A stretch of 64,000 nucleotides of DNA, taken from positions 10,830 through 74,829 of the forward strand of contig JAYYDR010000051.1 of assembly GCA_036160735.1 (NCBI GenBank). The letters run 5' to 3'. The DNA is from Thermoplasmatota archaeon (lineage in GTDB: Archaea; Thermoplasmatota; Poseidoniia; Poseidoniales; Poseidoniaceae). Positions 8,956 through 17,795 of this stretch are shown here, in pieces. The notes under the pieces are model-generated. The model ran no database searches and was not told where the DNA came from. It saw only the letters and a program-made list of their open reading frames with translations. The position numbers were made by a program, and so were the translations under genes. Every line of letters begins with the position of its first letter. The first letter of the stretch is position 1.

Positions 8956-10014
8956 TCAAGATAGCCGAGTCAACTTTGCACTTCCCAAAATTCTAGGCTT
9001 AGAATCAAGTTGTGCTAACAGAACAACTGGAGGGTTTTCCGTCCTAATGAATAGTGGCGAATCCCAAGCAACTTCAAGACCCGAACCAATCGATTCCACC
9101 CTTCCAACAACAAATTGTAGGTCCACGCTGGCGTGTACGACATCACCAACAGCCAAGACTCTCTTTTGGAAAGGAGAAACACTCAGTTCAATTGAACTCT
9201 TTTCGTGCTTTTCAAGACATAGTGGAATTGAGATCCCCTTGTTCTTATCTTCGACTGCAGGATGAGTTACTAGTGAGCCGCCTGTTAGGTGTTCTTCCTT
9301 TGTGTTCCTCAATGCGATTCCAACGCGGTCCCCGGCGACTGCTTGCTCGACGTCATCGTCCATGACCTGAAGACTTTTGACAGTACCAGGTCCTTCTGCC
9401 GGCAAAAGATGTAACTCATCGTGGACAGATACCGAACCGGATTGGACATATCCAATCGCTACTAAACCGATACCTTTCACATTGAAGTGTTGGTCGATTG
9501 GAACAACTAATGGCTCTTGCTTTGCGGACTCTAAGTCCCCAGATATTTCATCCATCAAACCGTACAGTGCATCTCTAAGTTCGATACCGTCAGTGCTGCC
9601 TTGTTTCCAAGATGAAAGTCCTGCTTGAGCGATGAATGCTTTGACTTGGTCTTCATCTATCCATTCTCCTTGAGGTGGATTGATCACAAATATTCCTTTG
9701 CTGATACCTGCTGATGCAAATCCAACCAAGACCTCACCAAATGTGGCATCAATCGCACTAACTTCGATTAGTCCGACCCTTGCAGCGCAAAGGGAATTGA
9801 AGAAGGGACGAATTCTTTCGGGCATTTTTGCCGGTCTAATTATGGATAGAATCCTAGGTCCGTCTGTGCTTGATTCCTTGTGCACGTATGTGTGGACATC
9901 CCTCTGGTCGGTCGCTTTAGCTATCGCTTTAGCCAAATCGTCGCTCCCAATCATAGCGATGTTCAGTACTGTCATGGTCGGGCCAGAAAGGGCACGTTCT
10001 TGAGCATAGTGCAA
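8956..10014 (-). CDS. EF-Tu/EF-1alpha-like translation-GTPase superfamily protein with a degenerate G1/P-loop (NIAMIGSDDLAKA instead of GHVDHGKS). Retains EF-Tu domain-2/3-like beta-barrels.
   Basis: Domain order and motifs (DxxG-like region, beta-barrel segments GDRVGIALRN, VGDVVHASV). Likely true start at Met14 (MTVLNIAMIGS, coordinate 9975). Confidence 0.5.
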   Translation of the reverse strand: MHYAQERALSGPTMTVLNIAMIGSDDLAKAIAKATDQRDVHTYVHKESSTDGPRILSIIRPAKMPERIRPFFNSLCAARVGLIEVSAIDATFGEVLVGFASAGISKGIFVINPPQGEWIDEDQVKAFIAQAGLSSWKQGSTDGIELRDALYGLMDEISGDLESAKQEPLVVPIDQHFNVKGIGLVAIGYVQSGSVSVHDELHLLPAEGPGTVKSLQVMDDDVEQAVAGDRVGIALRNTKEEHLTGGSLVTHPAVEDKNKGISIPLCLEKHEKSSIELSVSPFQKRVLAVGDVVHASVDLQFVVGRVESIGSGLEVAWDSPLFIRTENPPVVLLAQLDSKPRILGSAKLTRLS

Positions 10015-10950
10015 TCAAGAAGTCTTTGTGATACTTCTATACTCTAAAAGTCTAGATTCATATTCTTCAGCACTGAGTCTTCTTATTCTTTCAGTGCCAA
10101 AATTCTCGATAGTGAATGAGGCAGTGACAGTTGCATGTACAAGAGATTCTGCCAGTTCCTCTCTGCTTACCTCACCAGAATTTTTTGACAGATAGTGTGC
10201 CATTGAGCCTGCAAAACTGTCGCCACACCCAGTCGGGTCAACCAAATTTGAGGTAGGGAATGAAGGCATTGAAATCATACCATCTGGATGGAATGCTATA
10301 ACGCCATTTTCCCCTTTCTTGACAACGAGAATACCACCATTTTTCATTTCCAAAACAGTTTTTGCTGCCACGATTAAGTTCTCTTCATCGGCTAACATTC
10401 GCACTTCACCGTCATTCAGAATCAAAATGTCAACTTGTTTCATGACATCTTTGAGTTCTCCATTTGCGATTTCAATCCACAAATTCATCGAATCAAGGAT
10501 TGAGACTCTACTAACCTCGGTCTGAGATAGTACTGAAGATTGAAGTGCAGGGTGCAGGTTTGCGCACATCAAAACTTTCGTTTGCTTGAGTGGTTGGGGT
10601 ACTTTAGGTTGAAAATTCTCGAAAACATTGAGGTGGGTTTCGTGAGTTACCGCCTCAGCCATTGAACCATGGTAAGAGCCCTTCCAACGGAATGTTTCGC
10701 CTTGATTTACCTCAATACCGCTAGTATCTAGTCCGGCATTTTTGTACCATTCCAAGTGTTCTGGTTGGAAATCTTGCCCAATAACTCCGACAATTCCTAC
10801 ACCATTTCCAGCATTCTTATTGTTGTGAAATGCTGCTGAAAATCCACCATAAGAGGCCGAGCCTCCCAATTCGTTTTCTACCGAACCCGCAGGTGTTTCT
10901 AGGCTATCGTAGGCTAGGCTGCCAACTATCAGTACGTCCATTCGAATCAT
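10015..10950 (-). CDS. PfkB-family carbohydrate/nucleoside kinase (ribokinase-like).
   Basis: N-terminal LIVGSLAYDSLETP and C-terminal PTGCGDSFAGSMAHYL, the PfkB signature with GD catalytic base. 4-nt overlap with the upstream gene. Confidence 0.75.
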   Translation of the reverse strand: MIRMDVLIVGSLAYDSLETPAGSVENELGGSASYGGFSAAFHNNKNAGNGVGIVGVIGQDFQPEHLEWYKNAGLDTSGIEVNQGETFRWKGSYHGSMAEAVTHETHLNVFENFQPKVPQPLKQTKVLMCANLHPALQSSVLSQTEVSRVSILDSMNLWIEIANGELKDVMKQVDILILNDGEVRMLADEENLIVAAKTVLEMKNGGILVVKKGENGVIAFHPDGMISMPSFPTSNLVDPTGCGDSFAGSMAHYLSKNSGEVSREELAESLVHATVTASFTIENFGTERIRRLSAEEYESRLLEYRSITKTS

Positions 10951-12299
10951 CCCAGAAGTTCTTGATGCTCGTCGATATACGCGATTGTGATATCACCAGC
11001 AAGGAAATCTTTCTCATCCATTATTCTTCGATGAAGAGGAATCAAATGGTCTACACCAGTGATGAGTGTTTCATCTAATGCAGTACGCATCCTGCGGACT
11101 GCGGAATCTCTGTCTGCCCCCCATGTCAGCAGTTTAGCAAGTAGACTGTCAAAACATCCAGGCATCTCGTAACCTGGATGTGCGTGTGTATCACATCGAA
11201 TACCGAACCCTGATGGGAAGTGGCATTCCCAAAGTCTTCCAGGAGAAGGAACGAAGTTTGTCGTATCCTCTGCATTCAACCTACATTGAATTGCGTGGCC
11301 TCTAATCTTGATGTCATCTTGAGTAAGTGGGAGGCTTTCACCTTGTGCTACTCTGATTCCTAGTTCGACTAGGTTGTAGCCTGTGATCAGTTCAGTAACT
11401 GTGTGCTCGACTTGGACACGTGGGTTGACTTCAAGGAAGTAGAAATCGCCATTCTTGTCTCTCAAGAACTCAAATGTTGCTAGACCTTTGTAGCCTACAG
11501 ATTCCGCTCCAGCACAAACCAAAGCACCAACCTCTGCCCTTTTCTCATCGCTCAACCAAGGACCTTCTTCGATCAATTTTTGATGGCGGCGTTGAATTGA
11601 ACAAAATCTTTCGCCGAAGTGAATTGCTTTTTCACCATCGGCCAATACTTGGAATTCAACGTGCTGTGCGCCTTCGATATATTTCTCAACGAAAACTCTG
11701 TCATCACCGAATGCTGATTTCGCCCTGCCTTGACAGAGTTTGAGTGCCCCTTCGAATTCCTCTGCAGCGTGTACAATCTGCATTCCAATTCCACCGCCAC
11801 CAGCTGCAGCCTTGATGATTACTGGATAGCCGATTTCATCAGCCAATTCGCTTGCAACCTTTGCAGATGAAATCGGTTCACTACTCCCTTTAGCGGTAGG
11901 TAGGCCTGCTGCTTCCATAGCTGCTCTGGCTTCTATTTTGTCACCAAGTAGAGTGATAACACCGGATGCCGGCCCGATGAATGTGATTCCTTCTTCTTCT
12001 AGCCTTTTAACGAAGTGCGCGTTTTCTGCCAAGAAACCGTAACCGGGGTGAACTGCATCGCACTCCAGGTCTTTAGCAGCCTGGACTACTGCTTCGATGT
12101 CAAGATATGAATCAAGTGGATTTGCTCTCATTATCGGATATGCAATATCAGCTAGCCTAACTGGCAGAGATAGCCTGTCTTCTCTGCCGTGAATAATTGC
12201 AGCCTCAATCCCCATGTCTCTGAGGGTTCTCAGAATTCTCAATGCGATTTCTCCACGGTTTGCAATCAGTACGCGCTTGAATCCCATGTTTATGCCCAA
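10947..12299 (-). CDS. accC: Biotin carboxylase subunit (ATP-grasp) of a biotin-dependent carboxylase. Stand-alone here, with no BCCP or carboxyltransferase adjacent; possibly a pyruvate carboxylase subunit A type.
   Basis: KVLIANRGEIALRI N-terminus, ATP-grasp glycine-rich loop, EMNPRVQVEHTVTE motif. 450 aa. Confidence 0.85.
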   Translation of the reverse strand: MGINMGFKRVLIANRGEIALRILRTLRDMGIEAAIIHGREDRLSLPVRLADIAYPIMRANPLDSYLDIEAVVQAAKDLECDAVHPGYGFLAENAHFVKRLEEEGITFIGPASGVITLLGDKIEARAAMEAAGLPTAKGSSEPISSAKVASELADEIGYPVIIKAAAGGGGIGMQIVHAAEEFEGALKLCQGRAKSAFGDDRVFVEKYIEGAQHVEFQVLADGEKAIHFGERFCSIQRRHQKLIEEGPWLSDEKRAEVGALVCAGAESVGYKGLATFEFLRDKNGDFYFLEVNPRVQVEHTVTELITGYNLVELGIRVAQGESLPLTQDDIKIRGHAIQCRLNAEDTTNFVPSPGRLWECHFPSGFGIRCDTHAHPGYEMPGCFDSLLAKLLTWGADRDSAVRRMRTALDETLITGVDHLIPLHRRIMDEKDFLAGDITIAYIDEHQELLG

Positions 12300-12387
12300 A
12301 CCAAACTAATCTATGATGAAAGCGGTCGAAAATAATCGATAAATATCGATTAATTCAAGCTAAATCGGGTGCTGAAATTTCCAAAAA

Positions 12388-13659
12388 TCAGTACACGTCA
12401 CGCAGGTAACGTTTCTGTTCCTTCATCATCGTCTTCTCGATGAAGTGTGTTGCGTCTTCCTCGGACATTCCGCCGTGCTCCATTGCGATTTCAATGAGTG
12501 CTCTGTGGACGTCTTTTGCCATGTACTGCTTATCTCCACAGATGTAGAAATATGCGCCTCGCTCGAACCAATCCCAAACTTCTGCACCGTGCTCTTTGAG
12601 CCTGTGCTGAACGTAGATTTTCTCCTCTTGGTCACGGGACCATGCAGTTGTGAACCTGTACATGTGTCCTTCATCCAACCAAGACTCGATTTCGTCCTTG
12701 TAGTAGAATTCAGTTTTGGAGGACTGGTCTCCAAAGAAGAGCCAGTTCTTTCCTGAACCACCATCATGGACCCTTTGTTCCATGAATGCACGGAATGGTG
12801 CAATGCCGGTTCCCGGACCTACCATGATGATGTCAATCGACTTGTCCTCTGGTAGTACGAAAGATTTGGTTGGAGACATGAATACTCCAACATCTGTTTT
12901 GTTCACTTCAACCTCATCTGCCATGTAAATGGTACATAGGCCGCCTCTGTCCCTGCCGTGGTGAGAGTATCTGACGATTCCAACTGTCAATTCAACAAAT
13001 CCTGGGTGTGCGTCGTGGCTGCTAGCGATTGAATACAATCTTGGCTTTAGTTTGTCAATCACTTCAATGAATTCTTCTGGAGTGTAACTTACTTCGAAAT
13101 CTCTCAAAACGTCGATATAATCCCTGGACCAAATGTAATCTTCCATTGCATCTGCATCGGTAGTTAGGTGTTCGACTCTACCGACCGGGTCGTCTCCGGG
13201 AATTGAAGGTAGAAGTTCTGTACCCATCTCTGAGTCTCCACCCATCCAGCCAGCGCCTTGGCCTGAAACTGATTCCCTATATCTATCGATCATCTTTACA
13301 GTGATTCTCATACCGTTTGAACTGACTTTCTCGGTTAATGATTTGACGAATTTCTTGTTTACTCTGTGAATTTCGAAATCCTTCTTCAGAGCCTCCCAAA
13401 TTGTTCTCTCGCCATTGTGGGTTGTAACCATGTGATCTTGGTCCCAGCCTGCTGTCTCAATTAGCAAATCAACAGTGTTGGCAGGGTTTTCAGCAAGTAC
13501 TCCAAGAGCGTCGCCAACTTTGTAGTCAAGACCAGAGTCACCTAGGTCAAAAACGACGTGCCGTGTCTCTTTACGAGACCCCTCACCATTCAAGACATAG
13601 CATTCAGTAATCTTAGTCATGTAAGGATTCTTTGCGCTCCAGTTAGACATTGAGGTCAC
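12388..13659 (-). CDS. FAD/NAD(P)H-binding ferredoxin-reductase-type oxidoreductase (CysJ/NADPH-cytochrome-P450-reductase C-terminal-like), lacking a flavodoxin domain.
   Basis: RLYSIASS FAD-binding motif and GPGTGIAPFRAF NADPH-binding motif. Confidence 0.7.
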   Translation of the reverse strand: MTSMSNWSAKNPYMTKITECYVLNGEGSRKETRHVVFDLGDSGLDYKVGDALGVLAENPANTVDLLIETAGWDQDHMVTTHNGERTIWEALKKDFEIHRVNKKFVKSLTEKVSSNGMRITVKMIDRYRESVSGQGAGWMGGDSEMGTELLPSIPGDDPVGRVEHLTTDADAMEDYIWSRDYIDVLRDFEVSYTPEEFIEVIDKLKPRLYSIASSHDAHPGFVELTVGIVRYSHHGRDRGGLCTIYMADEVEVNKTDVGVFMSPTKSFVLPEDKSIDIIMVGPGTGIAPFRAFMEQRVHDGGSGKNWLFFGDQSSKTEFYYKDEIESWLDEGHMYRFTTAWSRDQEEKIYVQHRLKEHGAEVWDWFERGAYFYICGDKQYMAKDVHRALIEIAMEHGGMSEEDATHFIEKTMMKEQKRYLRDVY

Positions 13660-13740
13660 CAGACAAAATCTCCCACTGGAAACGAATAGATGAATGTTAG
13701 GTGCGATGGTGTCTTAGAGTGGAAGCGCTTGCACTCATCA

Positions 13741-14505
13741 ATGGTCGAGGTCAGTTTGCTCGGAAGCGGCAACGCATTCCTGCCGTCAGGTAGATTGCAC
13801 TCGTTCTTATTGATCGACAAACACATCATCGTCGATTGTCCTCCAACCGCATTAGCTTCATTGCGGAAAGCGAAAATAAGTCCAGCGGATATTGATACAA
13901 TACTCATCACACACGTTCACGGAGACCACGTCTTTGGTTTCCCATTCTTCCTTCTCGAGAGAAAATATATTTCGGACAGAGAGGGTGTTAAGCCACTCAC
14001 AGTTGCTGGTTCAGCCATGGTCAAGGACAGACTTGTGGAATTGTGCAAACTTGCATACCCTGGCTCTTTGGATGATTTACTTGAACAAATAAACTGGGTC
14101 GACACTCCTACCATAGACGGTTGGGAATTGGAGAGATTCGAGGTATTCCATGAACCAAGCGTAGAACCACATGGGTGGATGTTGACCAGTGATGAAGGAT
14201 GGTCAATGCTACATTCTGGTGACTCGGGACCCTGTGATGAATTATGGAATCGGATAAAGAGGTGCAAATTTGCTATAGTTGAGATGGGAGTTCCTGAGTG
14301 GGTCAATACTGACGAACATCACAAACCTAGCGATATCCAAAGGCTTGCGGAGACCTGTAATGACACTACACTGGTTCTAACTCACACATACATCGATTCT
14401 GATTATCTGATTTTGACTAAGGATTTCCCTGAACTACCTGAAAATGTGATTCACGGTGAGGATGGTATGAATTTCATATTAGATGGAAAGGGGAATTTGT
14501 GTTGA
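13741..14505 (+). CDS. Metallo-beta-lactamase-fold hydrolase.
   Basis: ILITHVHGDHVFG (HxHxDH) motif. Start moved to MVEVSLLGSGNA (Met18 of the ORF), typical of MBL N-termini. Confidence 0.65.
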   Translation: MVEVSLLGSGNAFLPSGRLHSFLLIDKHIIVDCPPTALASLRKAKISPADIDTILITHVHGDHVFGFPFFLLERKYISDREGVKPLTVAGSAMVKDRLVELCKLAYPGSLDDLLEQINWVDTPTIDGWELERFEVFHEPSVEPHGWMLTSDEGWSMLHSGDSGPCDELWNRIKRCKFAIVEMGVPEWVNTDEHHKPSDIQRLAETCNDTTLVLTHTYIDSDYLILTKDFPELPENVIHGEDGMNFILDGKGNLC

Positions 14506-14917
14506 AATTATACTCAGAAATCTATCATCAATATCTGAATCAAATCTTGCAGATTGGGAATCACGTCACGATCTAGAATAATAGGAAAAATTCCTAGTTA
14601 ATCAAAATGGAATAACCTTCGGAAAATTTGAAAATTCCAAACAAAATCTTGAACAAAATATTCTCCGGCGATAAAAAAATTCACTCCGGAAAAATTCAAA
14701 AAAAGTAGATATTGTTGTGTTAATTAATTAAGAATAAGCATGAAAAAGAGACCCCCTTTTTATATCCCCAATTGGAATGCGAGATTTGGTCAAATCAATG
14801 TCTCATTGGAGGCACCCGGGATTAGCCTTATATGGTGGACTCGGACTCGCCGGAGGCATCACGCACTGTGTGTGATGGGCCTGAAAGTGGTAGTGGAAAA
14901 AAACGAGGTGAGACTTT
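14506..14917. other. Candidate replication origin (oriC) / divergent promoter region: a 412-bp AT-rich gap immediately upstream of orc1/cdc6, holding at least four copies of a GGAAAAATTC-like element and a CCAATTGGAA mini-ORB-like box.
   Basis: Repeats read directly at 14583-14595 (aggaaaaattcct), 14618-14638 (ttcggaaaatttgaaaattcc), 14663-14682 and 14685-14697 (tccggaaaaattc). Poly-A tracts. Archaeal origins are typically adjacent to orc1/cdc6 (established knowledge). Confidence 0.45.
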
Positions 14918-16159
14918 TTGACGAGAAATATTTTCGACGGTATTCTGAACCAGAAAACTCTGTTTGTCGAAAAAGAAGTTCTGCGTCACACTTACCAGCC
15001 AGAAACACTCCCACACCGTGATTATGAGCGTGACCAATTATCGTTCAATCTAGTTGAAGCCCTCAAAGGTCACATTCCTTCTAACATGATTCTCTACGGT
15101 GTTACTGGAGCAGGAAAAACTGCGGTTACTAGATACGTATGTGACCAACTCCAAGCCAAAGGTGAATCAATAGGAAGAGTGGTTCATCCTGTACTAGTTA
15201 ACTGCAGACAGATTGACACACAATATAGGGTTCTGTCCCACTTAGGCAATGCATTACTCGAAGATTACGAGAGAGATGAAATCCCCTTCACAGGTTGGCC
15301 AACAGACAGAGTGTTCTCCGAAGTTGTAAGAAGAATGAACCAGAGAGGTGGAGTTTACGTTCTTGTGCTCGACGAAATCGATCACTTGGTAAAGAAAGCA
15401 GGAGACGATCTACTGTACAACCTTACAAACCTTAACGCAGAGTTGGTAGATGCGAGAGCATGTGTAATCGGAATTTCCAACGATTTGAAGTTCACAGATT
15501 TCCTTGACCCGAGAGTAAGAAGCAGGCTCGGTCAGCAAGACATCGTTTTCAATCCCTACAATGCTGAACAACTTCAGGATATCCTACGCTCCAGAGCCGA
15601 AGTTGGAATCAACAAAGATGCAATCGGTGCGGGTGTAATTGAATTGTGCGCTGCATTAGCTGCCCAAGAACACGGTGATGCACGCTGCGCGCTTGACTTA
15701 CTAAGAGTCTCAACCGAAAAGGCAGAACAAGAAGGGCTTGACGTCGTTGAACAAAACCACGTCCGAATCGCACAAGCACAGATTGAATCTGACCAAGTTA
15801 CTCCAGTTATTCGCACACTACCAACTCAACAAAAACTCGTACTGGCTGCTGTACTTATCAACGAAAACAATGGTTTGCGGAATATGCAAACAGGTGAAGT
15901 ATACCATATCTACAAGCAGGCATGCACAAACATTGGCCAACAATTCCTTACATCGAGAAGAATATCTGGAATTATTTCCAACCTAGACATGCTTGGATTG
16001 ATTACTGCGAAGACAATTTCAAGAGGAAGATATGGAAGAAGCAAGGAGATTAACTCCTGCATCCCGACAAACATCAATCCCTCTGACGTAATGGCAAAAG
16101 CAGAACCTGCACTGAGTGAGGTTTTCCAAGCAAAATACCGCCATCAATCTAGACTTTGA
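14918..16159 (+). CDS. cdc6: Orc1/Cdc6 replication initiator (AAA+ ATPase with C-terminal winged helix).
   Basis: N-terminus IFDGILNQKTLFVEKEVLRHTYQPETLPHRDYERDQL, Walker A GVTGAGKT, Walker B VLVLDEID, sensor motifs. 413 aa. Confidence 0.9.
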   Translation: MTRNIFDGILNQKTLFVEKEVLRHTYQPETLPHRDYERDQLSFNLVEALKGHIPSNMILYGVTGAGKTAVTRYVCDQLQAKGESIGRVVHPVLVNCRQIDTQYRVLSHLGNALLEDYERDEIPFTGWPTDRVFSEVVRRMNQRGGVYVLVLDEIDHLVKKAGDDLLYNLTNLNAELVDARACVIGISNDLKFTDFLDPRVRSRLGQQDIVFNPYNAEQLQDILRSRAEVGINKDAIGAGVIELCAALAAQEHGDARCALDLLRVSTEKAEQEGLDVVEQNHVRIAQAQIESDQVTPVIRTLPTQQKLVLAAVLINENNGLRNMQTGEVYHIYKQACTNIGQQFLTSRRISGIISNLDMLGLITAKTISRGRYGRSKEINSCIPTNINPSDVMAKAEPALSEVFQAKYRHQSRL

Positions 16160-16175
16160 GAGGCAACCCGTCAAA

Positions 16176-16192
16176 TCTTGGCTATGCCAAGA
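16176..16192. terminator. Perfect 7-bp stem plus TAT triloop hairpin (tcttggc-tat-gccaaga), 17 nt after the orc1/cdc6 stop.
   Basis: Read directly. Confidence 0.4.
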
Positions 16193-16222
16193 CTCTTAAA
16201 CGCGACTTAGGTCGAACGGCGC

Positions 16223-16771
16223 ATGAGCGACAACGGAGATAATGCACAGGGCAATCTGGGCACAATTCTGTTTAGTCCATCCAACACACTTGCAACTTGG
16301 TATTTTTGGATTGGATTACTAGGTCTATTACTAGCAGTTCTCAACCTAATGGGAATGGTCCATCCTACATACAGAGTATCTTGGGGTGGAATGCTAACTT
16401 TCGAGTACATGAATGATGCGTTTGGCGACAAGGATACAGCCCCCGCTTTTGTACCCGGGGATGCAGTATTCATGGCGTTCTTTGGTGGAATGACATTCCT
16501 GGGAGCACGCTCTCTAATTGGGGAGGATAGTCCAGGGAAATGGTTCTACAACATGATAACAAACGATTGGTACAACGACCTATTGGACGTTGAGTCAGGA
16601 TGGAACTTGGTGCTCGGAACGTGGTGCATGCTAGCAAGTATGTTGTTCTACTTCTATTGGGGAATCATGTACATGGCATGGATTGACCCAGGTGTGTACT
16701 CAATCGCAATCGCTCTCATGGGAGCAGGTATTGTAATGAGAATGCTATCCTCAGTTGAATACGAAGAGTGA
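16223..16771 (+). CDS. Hypothetical integral membrane protein (~5 TM, Trp/Tyr-rich).
   Basis: Hydrophobic segments WYFWIGLLGLLLAVLNLMGM, FMAFFGGMTFLGA, LVLGTWCMLASMLFYFYWGIMYMAWI, YSIAIALMGAGIVM. Confidence 0.5.
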   Translation: MSDNGDNAQGNLGTILFSPSNTLATWYFWIGLLGLLLAVLNLMGMVHPTYRVSWGGMLTFEYMNDAFGDKDTAPAFVPGDAVFMAFFGGMTFLGARSLIGEDSPGKWFYNMITNDWYNDLLDVESGWNLVLGTWCMLASMLFYFYWGIMYMAWIDPGVYSIAIALMGAGIVMRMLSSVEYEE

Positions 16772-16772
16772 A

Positions 16773-17795
16773 TCAGTGACCATTTCTGCGTAATAACGCA
16801 TCGAGATAACCCAATATGATCCCCTGCCAAAGTGCCAGGGACCACAATAACAAAATTAGGTTAGAGTATATCCCTTTCTTTGGCAGATCGCTCCTTAGGA
16901 AAGAGAGTAACCAGTACAGTGGTGCTGCAGCAATTAAGAGAACCTCTCTCGTCAATGAATAATACATCGATTCAATATTTACAGATTCGTATGAAAATAA
17001 TGTGTTCACATATTGGTATATGGCAAAACCAAGCAAAGTTAGCAATGGTGTCATCCACAGAACTACCCAAGATGAACCAATAAAGTCATGTCCACTTCTT
17101 AGGATTTTGTACCTTCGATGTATCCTTACGTGGGCCCTTGCATCACGCTTTCGCTTCCCTAGAAATCTCTTGAGTCCTGTTTCCGGTACGTGATTAACAA
17201 CAGCGTAAGGGGTATAGACAATTATTCCACCATCCTGTATTAATTTCAATGAAACCTCCATGTCTTCAGCATGGTACCAAGACGGGTCGAAACCGCCTAT
17301 TGCCAGAAGACTGTCACGCTTAAACATCGAACAAGGACCATTTGCTAAGTTAGTTCTTCTAGGCCTTGAGCGATACTTAGACTCTATCTCAATTGACCTT
17401 ATTCGCGAAATCACGTCATCCGCTCGTCCAAAAACGGTTCTTCCGGTAACTGCAACCACGTTTTCCTCTTCACCAGATTTTGAAGACTCTAGCATTCTCT
17501 GAATCCAATCTGCTTCAGGACGCACATCGATGTCTGTAATTGCAAACCATTCTCCTTTAGATTGCTCTAATGCTGCCATACGTCCAGCAGACAAACCAAG
17601 TTTGTCTTGAGAAATCGTAGTTACCAATTCATGCTTAGACCACTTTTCAACAGCATCTCTTCCGCCATCTGAAGAACCATCGTCAACAAGAATAATTTCG
17701 ATTGGTGAATGAGTTTGTGCTACTAGTGATTCCATACATCCATCAATCCAATCAACACCGTTTCTTACGCAAACCGCTATCGAAACTAGTGTCAA
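16773..17795 (-). CDS. Family-2 glycosyltransferase (GT-A fold) with a C-terminal membrane domain.
   Basis: VSIAVCVRNGVDWIDGCMESLVAQTHSPIEIILVDDGSSD matches the GT2 N-terminal pattern with DxD. C-terminal TM helices. Confidence 0.75.
   Translation of the reverse strand: MTLVSIAVCVRNGVDWIDGCMESLVAQTHSPIEIILVDDGSSDGGRDAVEKWSKHELVTTISQDKLGLSAGRMAALEQSKGEWFAITDIDVRPEADWIQRMLESSKSGEEENVVAVTGRTVFGRADDVISRIRSIEIESKYRSRPRRTNLANGPCSMFKRDSLLAIGGFDPSWYHAEDMEVSLKLIQDGGIIVYTPYAVVNHVPETGLKRFLGKRKRDARAHVRIHRRYKILRSGHDFIGSSWVVLWMTPLLTLLGFAIYQYVNTLFSYESVNIESMYYSLTREVLLIAAAPLYWLLSFLRSDLPKKGIYSNLILLLWSLALWQGIILGYLDALLRRNGH

Noticed and set aside
12300-12387. AT-rich hairpin aatcgat-aaat-atcgatt.
   Set aside because: ATCGAT is self-complementary, so the apparent inverted repeat is trivially produced. 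Weak stem.
12426-12928. Alternative-frame ORFs (125, 103 and 70 aa) within the CysJ-like reductase gene.
   Set aside because: They overlap a gene with clear FAD/NADPH motifs and have no motifs of their own.
14740-15021. 93-aa ORF in the AT-rich gap overlapping the orc1/cdc6 start.
   Set aside because: It runs through the repeat-containing candidate origin and overlaps the well-supported Orc1 N-terminus in another frame. Its composition is Arg/Lys-rich junk typical of AT-rich non-coding DNA.
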